In this document: one piece after another, positions 12,301 through 24,484 of the stretch
Layout of the letters: every line of letters starts with the position of its first letter
How positions within the stretch are numbered: position 1 is the stretch's first letter
Source: Phoronis australis
Lineage: Eukaryota > Animalia > Phoronida
Length of the DNA: 64,000 nucleotides
NCBI GenBank assembly: GCA_002633005.1
Contig: NMRA01000691.1
Coordinates: 124,001-188,000, forward strand
Direction: 5' to 3'
The notes under the pieces: generated by a model
Database searches by the model: none
What the model saw: the letters and a program-made list of their open reading frames with translations, nothing else
Told to the model about the DNA's origin: nothing
Program-made: the position numbers and the translations under genes

Positions 12301-15300
12301 AACTGATACAAGGGAGAAGAATGTGATGACGTTGGTTTGGAAGAGCAAATACACCTGTGAACACAGTTGTTGTTTGCAACAACGGATCATAGTTGTTGTT
12401 TGCAACACCGTATCATAGTTTAGAGTAGCTTTAATAGTGAATAAAGTGACACCTCAACTTGAAGAGTCTCGTCTCATGCAATAAACAACTGTTAGTTCTT
12501 ACCAAGCCCTGGAATTGCCTCTAATATGACTAAGCAACAACTTGGAACCAATTTCATAACAATAAGCGGTCTAAACCTAGGTTGTTTTTTATGATGGGAG
12601 TTTGGTTCATTGGCAATTCCTTGATGCAGTAGTTTAAGTTGTGCAGTGCAGCACAGCTGAACGTGTTTATGACATGTTGGTTAGTTGAGGTACGAAGTTC
12701 ATGATTTTTTTAAACGCAGGTTATTGCAGTACAGAAAGATCTCGATGTAGTTTACCCAAAGTTCTATTTTCTTGAGCAGTCAACTCACTGCTGTCTTCGT
12801 TATTGTTATCTTTTCACATTTTACTTATGTCTACAGCTTTACAATGTGGTCGTGGACACAGAAGTTACTGGTAAGAAGTTACTCCAAAAGGGGGAGCTGA
12901 AGAGGCGCTTCACTATCATTCCACTGAACAAGATATCGGCAAAGAGTATTGATGCGGGAGTGGTCAAACACGCTGAGCAACTGGTATGATAAAGCTTTAG
13001 TTTGCTATATTTCTATTACGTCATTTGTAGTGTATCCTGAAAAAGCCATTTTGTTTCCTTGAGTTTTACATGTAAGCAATCTTTTAATCGCTAATAAATG
13101 TATTGTGTCGTGTGACTATTTGGTCAGATATAACTCCTATGTAAATGTTACTACCACTAAAAAGGTGATAATTTAATTTGTAAAAAGCAATCTTAGCATG
13201 GCGTTATACAAGTGCAGTTGCATGGGACCGCACAATTAGTGAGTTTAGTGAGTTTCTCCAAGTGATTGTTGTGAGTATACTCAGGCTGGTTACTTGTCTA
13301 TGGAATCTTCACTTCGTTGACTGAAGAGTCCCTGTAACATTTGTCAAGTGTATAAAGCCGTTCTGGTAATATTACTGTAAAAAAGTAATGTTCTCATGTT
13401 CGCACAATTGGTATTTTTATTGTTATCAAGTTTCTTGTAACCAGTAATCTGCACTAAAATTGTAAAAAAAAGTTAGTGTTTTTCCCTTTTTCACACTATT
13501 GCTATATTTATTGTTATCAAGTAATCTGCACAAATAGCATCTGACAGTGACCCTGTTGTAAGGCAGCCCTAACTCTGGGTTTCTGTGCTAACAGGTTGGC
13601 AAGGATAACGTACACACAGCTCTCTCCCTGGTTGGCTATGAGAAAGACTTGCAGAAGGCCATGGAGTTTGTTTTTGGCTCCAGCTTTGTGTGTAAGGACA
13701 TGGACGTGGCTAAGAAGGTGACCTTCAACGACAAGGTCATGAAGAAGTCAGTCACTCTGGGAGGTGACTCCTTCGACCCCGCTGGGACACTGTCTGGGGG
13801 TGAGTCGCGAGACCTCAGAATAGCTGTGATGATAGCGATAATTATTAAAATAGTAGTTGATATGGGCTTACCCAGTCATTCTTCTAAGTTTGAATTTTGC
13901 TAGCTACCAGAAGTATTATGCAATGTTGATGAGGCATCTTCTACCACCAGGTGGAGATTTCATCTTCAAACTCCTGTACAAACATGGGTTAAGTACTGTG
14001 AAACCTGCATAATGAGTCACATTCTTGCATGTCTGTCACAAAATTCAGTCTTTGTTCTGATTCATACACTCTACCTATCATTCGAGTCAGATTCTTTTGG
14101 TTGTATCTGCCTAATGCTAGATGAGTGTAATGCACTTTGTTTTCATGTGCAATGTTTGTTTTAATATGGTTTTTGTGATTGGAGTTGGTGACCGGTGTTG
14201 TCTTTCAGGAGCCCGTCCCAACACAACAGCCATCTTACTCAAGCTGGACGAGGTGCGACAGGTGGAGGAAGAGTTAGTTCAGAAAGAGGCTGAACTGCAG
14301 GCAACGGACAAGGAGCTGAATGGTCTCCAGAAGGTGGCAGGGCAGTGCGTATTCGATTCTTCCCATTTGATCATTTAACACTAAGAGTATGTTTGTGTCG
14401 GTCAAGTGCTTTCACAACATACAAAGATCAAGTGTCAAACAGGGATGCCATGAATTCTTTGTTGCGAACTTCTTCAGGGCACCTTAATATCTACAGAGAT
14501 TCCCTTTGTCTCTAATGATGTATTACAAAAACCAATCTGCTGTTTTTCCCTTTCTCCATATGGTGTTAGCAAAAGAATGACTTGGTTTTCCTTCATTTTT
14601 AAAAATTATATTAAAGTAAAACTATAACGTACAATAATTAGAGTTAAACCTAGAAAGCATTATTATATCTGGGTGCCTTTTCTTCAAACTATTTCCTTTA
14701 ATAGTGAACAGAATCATTCCACTTTCCACAAATTCTTCTGGGAAGTTGATATTCTATTCCTCTCCAACATTTCTCACTTTCCAAGTAGCCTTGCTAATTC
14801 TTGTCATGTCCACGCCGACCTCACATCTCACCTGTGACCTGTTGCATGAAACCGTCCCAATAGGTACTCGACTGTTCCCTAAATTTTTTGTGCGTTAGTA
14901 AACTTTATTTAATCATTGCTGTTTTCAATGACTTTGTATCTGGTTTGGTGAGCTCCTGTTTTACAAATGTCACTTTTATTCATCCACATATTAAAGATGT
15001 GTTGCTGATGATAAGGAGTGTGGAACTGACCCAGATACCACAGTGCCCCCTGTGAGCAAAATGTTTTTATTTTTTGCATTTGCCTCTGTATCTTCGGATT
15101 TCAGTATTGTATTTTCATGAAATTCAGCAAATAGGTTTCTGTTAAGAAGCTGACAATTCCTCTTTATTTTCGGACAGATTTGCTGTTTTCTGCGCCACCT
15201 GGTGACCATTTTTGTTATTTTTGTGTCCATTTTCTGGCGTTCACATCCCTATCTGCCATACCACTTAAAGGATTGTATGAGAATTTACAGATGTGTTCCT

Positions 15301-18018
15301 CATGAGAAAGCCTTGACTGAAGTTGACTCTCAGACGGGTTCGACTACTGTGTCGCCCCCTGGAGATTTTGTTTTTGAATGGTACAAATGTCAAACTTACC
15401 CAAATACCACAGTGCCCCCTGGTAGCATTTGTTTTACGTTTACCTCTGTATCTTTGGAGTTCACAAATGTGTTATCGTGAAATTCGGCAAATAGGTTTCT
15501 ATTAAGGAGTCGACAGCGCCTTCCCATTTTCAGACAGATTTGATGTTTCCTATATCACCTGGTAGCCATTTAAAAATTTTCGCATGTTTTGGACGTCTGC
15601 CTCTCTATCTGCCAAACCACTCAAAGGACGATAATGAAAATTGACGGTTGTGTTCCTGATGCGTAGACTACTTCTGGTGACCCTCAGGGGCAGTTTTGCT
15701 CTTTTGCATGTACAGATGTATCTCCTTAACCCTTTGAAGGATCTGCAAAATTTTGGCACATGGGCTACTATAGAGATGGCAACATGATGATGAGTTTCAG
15801 ACCAATCGAACTATAGCTGTACCCCCTAGTGTCAATTTTTTATACGTTTACCTCTATATCGTAGCAGTTCTTGGCTTATTTTTATGAATTTCGGCAATTA
15901 GTTGTGTGTTTCACAGAGACAACGCCACCTTCTAAATTCGGATGGGTTTGACGTATTCTGCGCCATCTAATGGCCATTTTATAATACTAAAAACCCATAG
16001 AAGCACTCTGTTTGTGGTGCCATTGTGGGCACATTTCAGCACCCCGCGTTGCCGTTGTACAATAATAAGATTATATGAAAACAGCCTTTATTCTATGAAA
16101 ACAAATTGGGATTAAGTCTTTAAATAGAGGCATTGCACGAAAAGTTCTCATTTTATTTTTAATCATGAAAACAAGATAGAGTTTAATCTCACTATGTATC
16201 AAACCTGAAACTAGACACAGCATGATAGCAATGAAGATAAAAAGCACATGGAAGGACAATCAGTGTTTGCTCTGAACATGGCCAAGTCTCTTGATCAGTC
16301 CCTAGTGGGGCATCTTCATACCACCAGTGACAGTTGTCTCCCATGTACCTCAGGTTTGCCAAGCTGAAGCAGCAGTATGAACTCAAACTTGGTGAGGTGG
16401 AGCTGCTGCAGAAGAAGTTGGAGCAGAGCAGTCATGGGCAACAACTAGAGGAGATCAACAACATGCAGAAGTCTATAGGTGGGTGTGCATGCATGTACTG
16501 TTGGGAGTCCACAACAACATGCAGAAGTCTATAGGTGGGTTTGCATGCATGTACTGTTGGGAGTCCTCAACAACATGCAGAAGTCTATAGGTGGGTGTGC
16601 ATGCATGTACTGTTGGGAGTCCACAACAACATGCAGAAGTCTATAGGTGGGTTTGCATGCATGTACTGTTGGGAGTCCTCAACAACATGCAGAAGTCTAT
16701 AAGTGGGTGTGCATGCATGTACTGTTGGAGTCCTGTTTCTGTCATCGTTGTGTTGCTGCACAGTAAAACTAGCAGAAATGATACATTCACAAGTGTGATT
16801 TTCACTTTAATTTGTCTGTTTTTGTCAGTCTGTCAGATTATTAGATTTTTCTCTCCTGGTCATATTGATTGCGACTATGCTAGATTTCATATTTACTACT
16901 AAGACTGTAAAAGCATGTTGACAAGTCTGCAAATTTTGCCAAATAGCTACGTAACTGTGGCGTTTAACTCAGTGACAGTATACATTTTCTTAAGGTAGAA
17001 AGCCTGTATAATTTTAACTTTATACCAATCTGCCTTTGATTGGATCTTGTGACTGTGTGTTTGTAAAACTTAGCAAAAACAACAGTATAGATAACATAGA
17101 ATTTTTCGTGACATAATAGTCCTTTTTATAGCCTCCCATGCAAAGTGGAACACTTTAAAAGCAATCCTAGCATAGCAATGTCTTAGTATTTCAACGTTTC
17201 ATATAAATTCAGCCAGCCATTTCTGGGATATGGTGTTCTAAAGTTTGCTAAATGTGTACTTTTTATGATCATACACAACCTTAATGTTCTTCCACAAACC
17301 AACTTTTGATGTTGACTGCTTACTTTTATAAAATCATTCTCATGTTTTCCCTTAATCAAATTAGAAATGATTTCTATGCTTGATCAAACTAACTGATACT
17401 TACCATGTCTTTGGAATAAAACTGCCAAACTTGGATAAACTTGTTGCAAAGAATAACATTTTTGTCAATCTTGGTTATAGTCACCTACAGGGGTCCCAGG
17501 TTTTGAAAACCAGTTTCTTCCTCTGATTAACAGACATCAATTGACTGTCATGGCTTTTTAGTGCTTTGTTAGTTTGGGCCTGCTGATTGAAGTGGCCAAA
17601 TTTCTGTTTTTATTTATGCATCCCACATATGTATATAATTATGTATGGATGTGGATGCATTATTTAATAGACATGTACTAATGGTGGTTTGCTATTACGT
17701 AAACCGCCGTATGTTGCTGTCATCCTTGTTTGTGTTCTCTTCTTTCTATAAGTGTTTCCTGTTGCAGATGAACAGCAGGCTGTCCTGCAAACAGCTGAAG
17801 ATCGCAAGAAGTTAGCTCAAACCAAGGTGAAAGATCTGGAGAATAAGATCAAGAATGCCAAGGTGATCCGCGAGAAGGAGTTGAAGGATGCAGAGAAAGC
17901 TGTGGGCGAGGCGAAGAAGAGGACAGAAGAGTCTGTGAAGAAGACCAAAGAAAAGCAACAGGTTAGCATCTGTGATTGGTTATTACTTGGCGAAGTATGT
18001 TGCTCTTCCATCAAGTTT

Positions 18019-18058
<40 letters not shown>

Positions 18059-21000
18059 TTNNNNNNNNNNNNNNNNNNNNNNNNNNNNNNNNNNNNNNNN
18101 NNNNNNNNNNNNNNNNNNNNNNNNNNNNNNNNNNNNNNNNNNNNNNNNNNNNNNNNNNNNNNNNNNNNNNNNNNNNNNNNNNNNNNNNNNNNNNNNNNNN
18201 NNNNNNNNNNNNNNNNNNNNNNNNNNNNNNNNNNNNNNNNNNNNNNNNNNNNNNNNNNNNNNNNNNNNNNNNNNNNNNNNNNNNNNNNNNNNNNNNNNNN
18301 NNNNNNNNNNNNNNNNNNNNNNNNNNNNNNNNNNNNNNNNNNNNNNNNNNNNNNNNNNNNNNNNNNNNNNNNNNNNNNNNNNNNNNNNNNNNNNNNNNNN
18401 NNNNNNNNNNNNNNNNNNNNNNNNNNNNNNNNNNNNNNNNNNNNNNNNNNNNNNNNNNNNNNNNNNNNNNNNNNNNNNNNNNNNNNNNNNNNNNNNNNNN
18501 NNNNNNNNNNNNNNNNNNNNNNNNNNNNNNNNNNNNNNNNNNNNNNNNNNNNNNNNNNNNNNNGAAGTCGCTTTCAAGATGGCGGATCTGGCGCATGTTG
18601 ACCCATTTTCAGTCATGCTGAGGTGCCATTTAAACGGGAATAAAAAATTGCGTGAATTTTTGCATGTGGATTCTTTGAGGTACACTCTTTCAAATGAACT
18701 GGAACAATTTTTTCTCAAACTTACCGTTTTTGAGTTATTTGACTTTGAATTTCTTTAAAAAAAACAAAATTTCAATTTTTTCGAAAAATTTAAGGAATTG
18801 TGTGGTACTATTAATTTAGATAGAGTTTTTAACGGGGTTTCAGAAGATGTTTTCCATTTTTCGTTAAGACATCTACTTTTCGAGTTATTTGAGATTTTCT
18901 GATAACGCTGTTCCTTTGTTGAGCGCTCTTGCTGCATTGATGTTGGTTTATCTTCTATTGAACTGGACTGTAGCCTATTTCTTATTGATTTATGACATCT
19001 AAGTTCGTCATATGAATGTTATGATGTTTTTCATCATGGCCACCACCATCATCATAATCGTCATCTTCGTCATCATCTCCCACGTTGTCTTTTCTTCAGT
19101 TAATTTCGCCAAGTGTCACTCAAGACTGTAGCCTATTTCTCAGTGATTTCTGACCTCTACGTTCGTCATATGAATGATATCATAACTTGCATTGTCCATC
19201 ATCGCCACCATCGTCGTCATAGCTATCATCTTCGTCATCATCTCTGTCGTCGTCTTTTCTGATCATCTCTAACCTGGTTTTTTGGTTAATTTTGCCAAGT
19301 TTCGCTCCTTTGAGCGCTTTCATTTATTATGTTGTTTTGCTGATGGACAGGGAAATTGTTAAATTGGTTTTTTACTTGTTTGGATATGTAAGGGAGGAAC
19401 GTAATTTTGATTGACGGTTGTCATTTGCTGTTCCTATTTGGTTTTGTAGTTAATACATTTTTGACGGTTAAAATAATTACATGCTGAACATACTCCGAGA
19501 AGCATTTTTGGAAACATGGCCTGGTACAGAACTTGTCAAGAATTTTTTGTCTTACATTTGTTTTATTTCTGTTTTCATTGATTGTGGAGCTTTTTTTTAA
19601 CAGGTTACATTCATTCTGAACTCATGTTTTTGCTTATAAAGGACTGGTGCATAGGATTGACAATACCATCTTTGGACCATTTTTGCAGAAAATTATCCTT
19701 GGAAGGGCATGTTAGCTAACATGTTACTTTATGATGGTTAAATTTGGTGAGGGCTCGATAAGTTTAAAATAAGGTGACCACGTCTTATACACGCATTGCT
19801 CTGTTGTTCTCTCATGGATTCTTGCTTCTGTCAGGAAGTGGAAAGCATACACCTAGAGGTGGAGGAGCTGACGAAGGACCTCGACGGATATGAGGTGCAA
19901 TTGGCGACCATTGAAGAGGTAATCAAGATGTATGAAGAACAGATGGCTGAGCTCCAATTAGCAGCTAGTGAAACAAAGGTATGTCAATGTTATATAGTGC
20001 ACTCTTAAACGTGTGTGATGAGATTCTAGCTAAGAAGATTGTGAATTGACCTTGTACTTGTAAGCTGTCCAACTGTAGACCCGACTGCGTAGTCTATGCA
20101 AGATGGATGTCAGTGACGATGAGTATTGTTATTGTGCACCCACATACTTATTTGCGAGTGCATATTGCCATCATCTCTGCCTGGGCGTCCAGCGTCCGCT
20201 GGTGTATCTCTTAAACCCTTCCCAGGATCTTGATGAGATTTGGTAGATATGGTCCAATGAAGCTGACAATAGATGACGAAGAAGTTCGGACAGTTCCGAC
20301 TACAGGTGTGCCCCCGAGTGGCACTTTATTTTTTTACGCTTTCCTCTATCTTCAAAGGTCCTCAACAGATTTTCATGAAACTTGGCACATAGGCATCAAT
20401 AAGTGCCACTGTTTTTGTCTGTCTGGTGGATTTTTATGAAATTTCATATAGCTTTCTATTAACTCATTCCTCCCTGATCCCGCCTTATGGCGTGACTGTT
20501 TATTTTCACTCAGGGCCTGATGCCGTCTGGAGGCGTTATCTAACAATGTATCTCACAGGCGGATCACGCCTTCAGGAGGGATAGAAGGCAGCAATTTATT
20601 GGTTTAAGTTTAAATATATCTAGGGTATTCCCAGTTTTCTATCCAATGAGGATTGAGACATCATACTCTATGTTAACTTCTTGTTTGTGAAGTTAATGCC
20701 TATTGGCTGTTATTTCTGCAATTTAGAACCATTTCTTCACAAGCAAATTATCAATTGAAGGAAAAACCAGGAAGCGTGTTAACTTTGTAGTGGTTGTTGT
20801 GGTAACTTTTGAAAGGTTATAAAGATATTCCTCCCTGAAATATAGTATGTTTGTTTGATTTGAAGACTAGAATTAAGCTAATTGCCCTGAATTGTAGCCT
20901 AATTGGTGTTACATAACACTGCTGTCACCACTTAATCATCTGCTAGGGTGCTCCTGTTTATTTTATTTGAACTGACCAGAAACAATAACAAAATGTTCAA

Positions 21001-23631
21001 TTACTAGGAACATTCTACTCTGTGACTAGCACTGTGCACACACTCACTTGAAATTGCTGCCTTGATATTATACGGACATCATCTCTGCTGCTCTCTCACA
21101 GTTCTTGAAGTTTTTATTATGGAGGATAGTGTGGATACTGATGACACTGGTCACATTTAGATATAGACTTCAGTGATTATGGATATGATAGTGTGGATAC
21201 TGATGGCACTGAGTGGTCACATTTAGATACAGATTTCAGTGATCTAGTTTATGATGAGGATATGCTACACAGAAAACTTTCTTGACATGTTTTCTGGAAA
21301 TTTAAATGGATTATTTGTAAACAATCGTCTTTGTTTCTGGAAAACAAAAAGTAAAACTACTTGTTCAACCCTTTATCGATTTTGAACTTGGATAAATTTT
21401 ACATCAACATGAAGCTCATTTACTCAAGATGTATTGCTGAAAATTTGGTATTATGTTTATTAATGACTGAGTGATGAGGTTTTAATTATGTGCAGTGCTT
21501 GTGACCTAGTTTTGAGTGAAATACCCTCTGACTTCAAGGGGGTAGACATTCCACAGCTCATCCAGGCCACTAAGCAATTTATTCCATATGGTGCTCAGGG
21601 TCGAATGAGTTAAAGGAATGATGACGTGTCCGTTTTCGGATGGATTCGGCATATTTTGCACCATCTGGTGGCCAGTTTTACTGTTGTCTAGTCGCCCCTC
21701 TATCAACCAAACCAAGCTAAGGGTGATTGTGAAGATTGGCATATTTGTTCGTAGCGTGAAGAGGGTGGTTGATGAGGATTTTCCGACAACTTTGAATACT
21801 GTAGTGCCTTCTAGTGGCAGTTTAGTTTTTTTTTGCCCACTGCAGGTTCTTTATTAAATTTAGTAAGTGTGTTTATATAAAGTTGACAACGGACGGTGAC
21901 AACTTTCAATTGCATACAACGAACGCTGTACCCCTTAGTGATTTTTTTCCGTTTTCCTCAGTTTCTCTGAAGTTTCTTGATGGATTTTATGAAATTTGAT
22001 ATATAGCTTTCTATTAAAGAATTGACAACATGTTGTCTTTTTATGGAAGAATTTGCGGTGTTCATTTTCACCATACAAATAAACACCCCTAGAAGCACAC
22101 CATTTGCGGTGCATTGATGGGTGCATTTTAAAGCTCCGTAATGCTCTTGTAATCCAGTCTGCCCCCATATTTGCGGATAAACATTACAGTCTGTACAAAA
22201 TGAAGGAAATGCTTTAATGTTGCTGTTTCAGTTACTAAGTTGACAGACTCGAACACAATCAGTAATTCTTTTTTAATATACTCCAATATAAAGAACCCAT
22301 TCTTACTGGGTCTGTTAGACCTGCTAAGCAACAAGTCTTTCTGGACCTATAACGATCAACTTAATATCTTCTATTGCATTTTTATTTACTAGATAATAGT
22401 AGTTTCACCAGATACTAGACTCTTTGTGTCTTAACCGATGTGTCACTATACACTGCATTGCTACACATTGTACTATATTTGTTTATACTGCTCTGCGGTA
22501 CTTTTATTTATTTCATGTACGATACCATAATTGTTTCCACCCAGATTACTCTAATACCTCATCTTAGTGCTATTAACTGTTATTTCACATTTACTTCTAG
22601 CCCTTGCATGACAGTGTGTCACTTTAATATATATACATATATTGTCCAATCATACCCCAGTTGAGGGTGGCAGTAAACTATGATACTATGACTTCCCACT
22701 CCAGGAGGCCGTTAAGAAAGCGCAGGGCGAGCTGACCAAGCAGAAGGAGCTGCTCAAGTCACGGAATAAAGACATTAATGACAGGATAGGCCAACAGAAG
22801 GCACTGCACAAGGAGGCGAATGATGCCCAGCTGCAGATCCAGGAACTTGAACACAAAGTGGCTAAGCATAACAAGGACTCCAAGGATGCAGGCAGACAGG
22901 TGTGTGGGGTCCTGACGGTTATGGTCAGACTTTGAGTCATGAGTCGAGTATCTCTTGTCGTGATAGAACACAGACATCTTAAGTGGGGCACATTCTAAGA
23001 AACTGACTTAAGTGCATTTTGATCTAAGTCAATATTTCTCTCAACTTCCAAAGTTTGAAGCTTCCGTATCTGGTAAGGTAGTCAAAATTAAGACAAAACT
23101 TAGGTATTGCTAAAAACCTTCAAACTTAAGGTTTTTTTCTTGAAACTGTCTTGAGATGAATTTAAATGTTAAAATTGAAAGAAATTTAAGATTGGTCTTA
23201 GCTTGGTTACTTTTTTGGAACGGCCCCCAAAAGTCCAGTCTCCTGCTGGTGACAGTGACTGGTACTCTGGCTTGACCAACTACTGTCTTGAAGCAACTTA
23301 CCTTGTGGTCATTTTTTGCCTTTTTGAATAGTTGTAGAATTCTTGGTGTGTTTCCCTAAGTTACCAGTCTTGTTTTTTCGCTTACAGGTCGAGCAGTTGC
23401 TGCAGAAGTACGAGTGGATCGCAGACGAGAAGGCATACTTCGGCAAAACTAACACAGCATACGACTTTGAGGCCAATGACCCGAAGGAGGCAGGTCGGCG
23501 GATTCAGAAACTACAAGAGACCAAGGAGAAACTGTCCAAGAGTGTGAACATGAGGGCCATGAACATGCTGGGCAAGGCGGAGGAACAGGTAAGTGTATTA
23601 ATACTAACTGTTATTGTACAAGTATTTTGTA

Positions 23632-23662
<31 letters not shown>

Positions 23663-24441
23663 TAGTAATAATGATAATTTTTTATTATAATGTTACCGTA
23701 TTTTGTACTAATGTTGAATTGGTGCAAGTGTCTGGCACCCGTTCCAACAAACACTTCACATTTCTAAATTCTGTGCTTGTCGTTCCAAGTATGCCAGTGG
23801 CCTATGGCCAATTTAAGTGGCTGTGGCTCTCTCTAAGTTTGGGTGTGGCAGCCAACTTGGAACACATTGCTGTCATAAGGTCTGATGATTTTCGGAATTT
23901 CTGTTGCAAGAGAAGGTTGCCGCTTGAAGAGAGTTCAGATATTTTGCCTCTTAATTCTTTTTAACAGCTACCTTCCCTTTTCTCCTCGTTTGGTTCTTTT
24001 TCATCACTTTGTGTGGTCTGCTTATGACTCGATTGTGACCCACTTTTTATGACTGACCTTTCTCTCCTTTAGTACAATGACCTGATGAAAAAGCGGAAAA
24101 TTGTTCTCAACGACAAGGCCAAGATTGCTGCAGTGATCGCTGAATTAGATGAGAAGAAGAATGAGGCTCTGAAGAAGGCACACTTACAAGTCAACAAGGT
24201 AGATATGAACAGTAGTTAACATTTTTAGATATCATCAAGCTCCGTTGAGGTTGTGACAAAGTTGCAAGGGAAAATGAATGCAATTTGAGAGTAAGTCATC
24301 AGTACTGTGTCAGCCAGATGGTTTTGATACAAAATGCTGTCCTTTGTTCAACAATGATATGTTCACATGTACTGCAGTCACACATGTATAATGCTTAAGT
24401 AATGATTATGTACTCTTTCTGTCTTACACATGCACAAACAC

Positions 24442-24484
<43 letters not shown>

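Noticed and set aside
16456-16731. CRISPR-like array
   Set aside because: No unique spacers; it is a plain tandem repeat in a eukaryotic intron. The same holds for the HINE arrays and the 34- and 49-bp repeats.
17752-18758. Long ORFs of 200-290 aa in the ORF track
   Set aside because: Artefacts of the N-run 18061-18563. SMC2 is complete and in phase without any exon in this gap. The same applies to ORFs crossing 49054-49229 and 58234-58683.
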